A DNA stretch of 63,311 nucleotides, counting the filler, from Octopus bimaculoides (lineage: Eukaryota), in the NCBI RefSeq assembly GCF_001194135.2. It is 5 parts of 5 records of this genome, joined end to end, with 100 filler letters (N's around TTAATTAATTAA, not from the genome) between each part and the next. Parts side by side here need not be neighbours in the genome. Positions count along the whole stretch, not along the records: positions 60,174 to 63,311 come from NC_068983.1; 4 more parts are not named here. One strand, written 5' to 3'. The notes beneath the pieces were generated by a model. It was not told the origin of the DNA, did not search any database, and worked only from the letters and a program-made list of their open reading frames with translations. Position 1 is the first letter of the stretch, and every line of letters begins with the position of its first letter. A program made the translations under genes and the position numbers. Positions 63,246-63,311 of this stretch are shown here, piece after piece.

Positions 63246-63311
63246 ATATATATATATATATGTGTGTGTGTGTGCGTGCATGATATATATATATGGTATA
63301 TATATATATAT

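Overview
Eukaryotic, AT-rich, microsatellite-saturated, gene-poor DNA. The SINE families and repeat landscape match my recollection of Octopus (coleoid cephalopod) genomes; this is an inference, not a database result. About 6.9 kb (roughly 11%) is N, in 21 gaps, nearly all abutting simple repeats. Four gaps are 44N-TTAATTAATTAA-44N artificial joins. I cannot support any host protein-coding gene: almost all ORF-track entries are microsatellite or N translations. The recognisable content is mobile DNA: decayed R4/Dong, RTE and CR1/L2-group LINEs, two Penelope-like fragments (one with an uninterrupted GIY-YIG frame), at least four tRNA-type SINE families with more than 20 copies, and hAT-Charlie and mariner MITEs. 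There are also four minisatellites and a 750-bp foldback. Best leads: (1) a hammerhead ribozyme with a complete catalytic core on the minus strand at 40235-40278, plus two U4C variant motifs; (2) the 750-bp inverted repeat; (3) a SINE family whose 3' tail matches the 3' end of the LINE in this same window; (4) repeated insertions into (AAT)n arrays; (5) a promoter-like motif cluster at 33.1-33.3 kb. No CRISPR array, rRNA or bona fide tRNA gene was seen.
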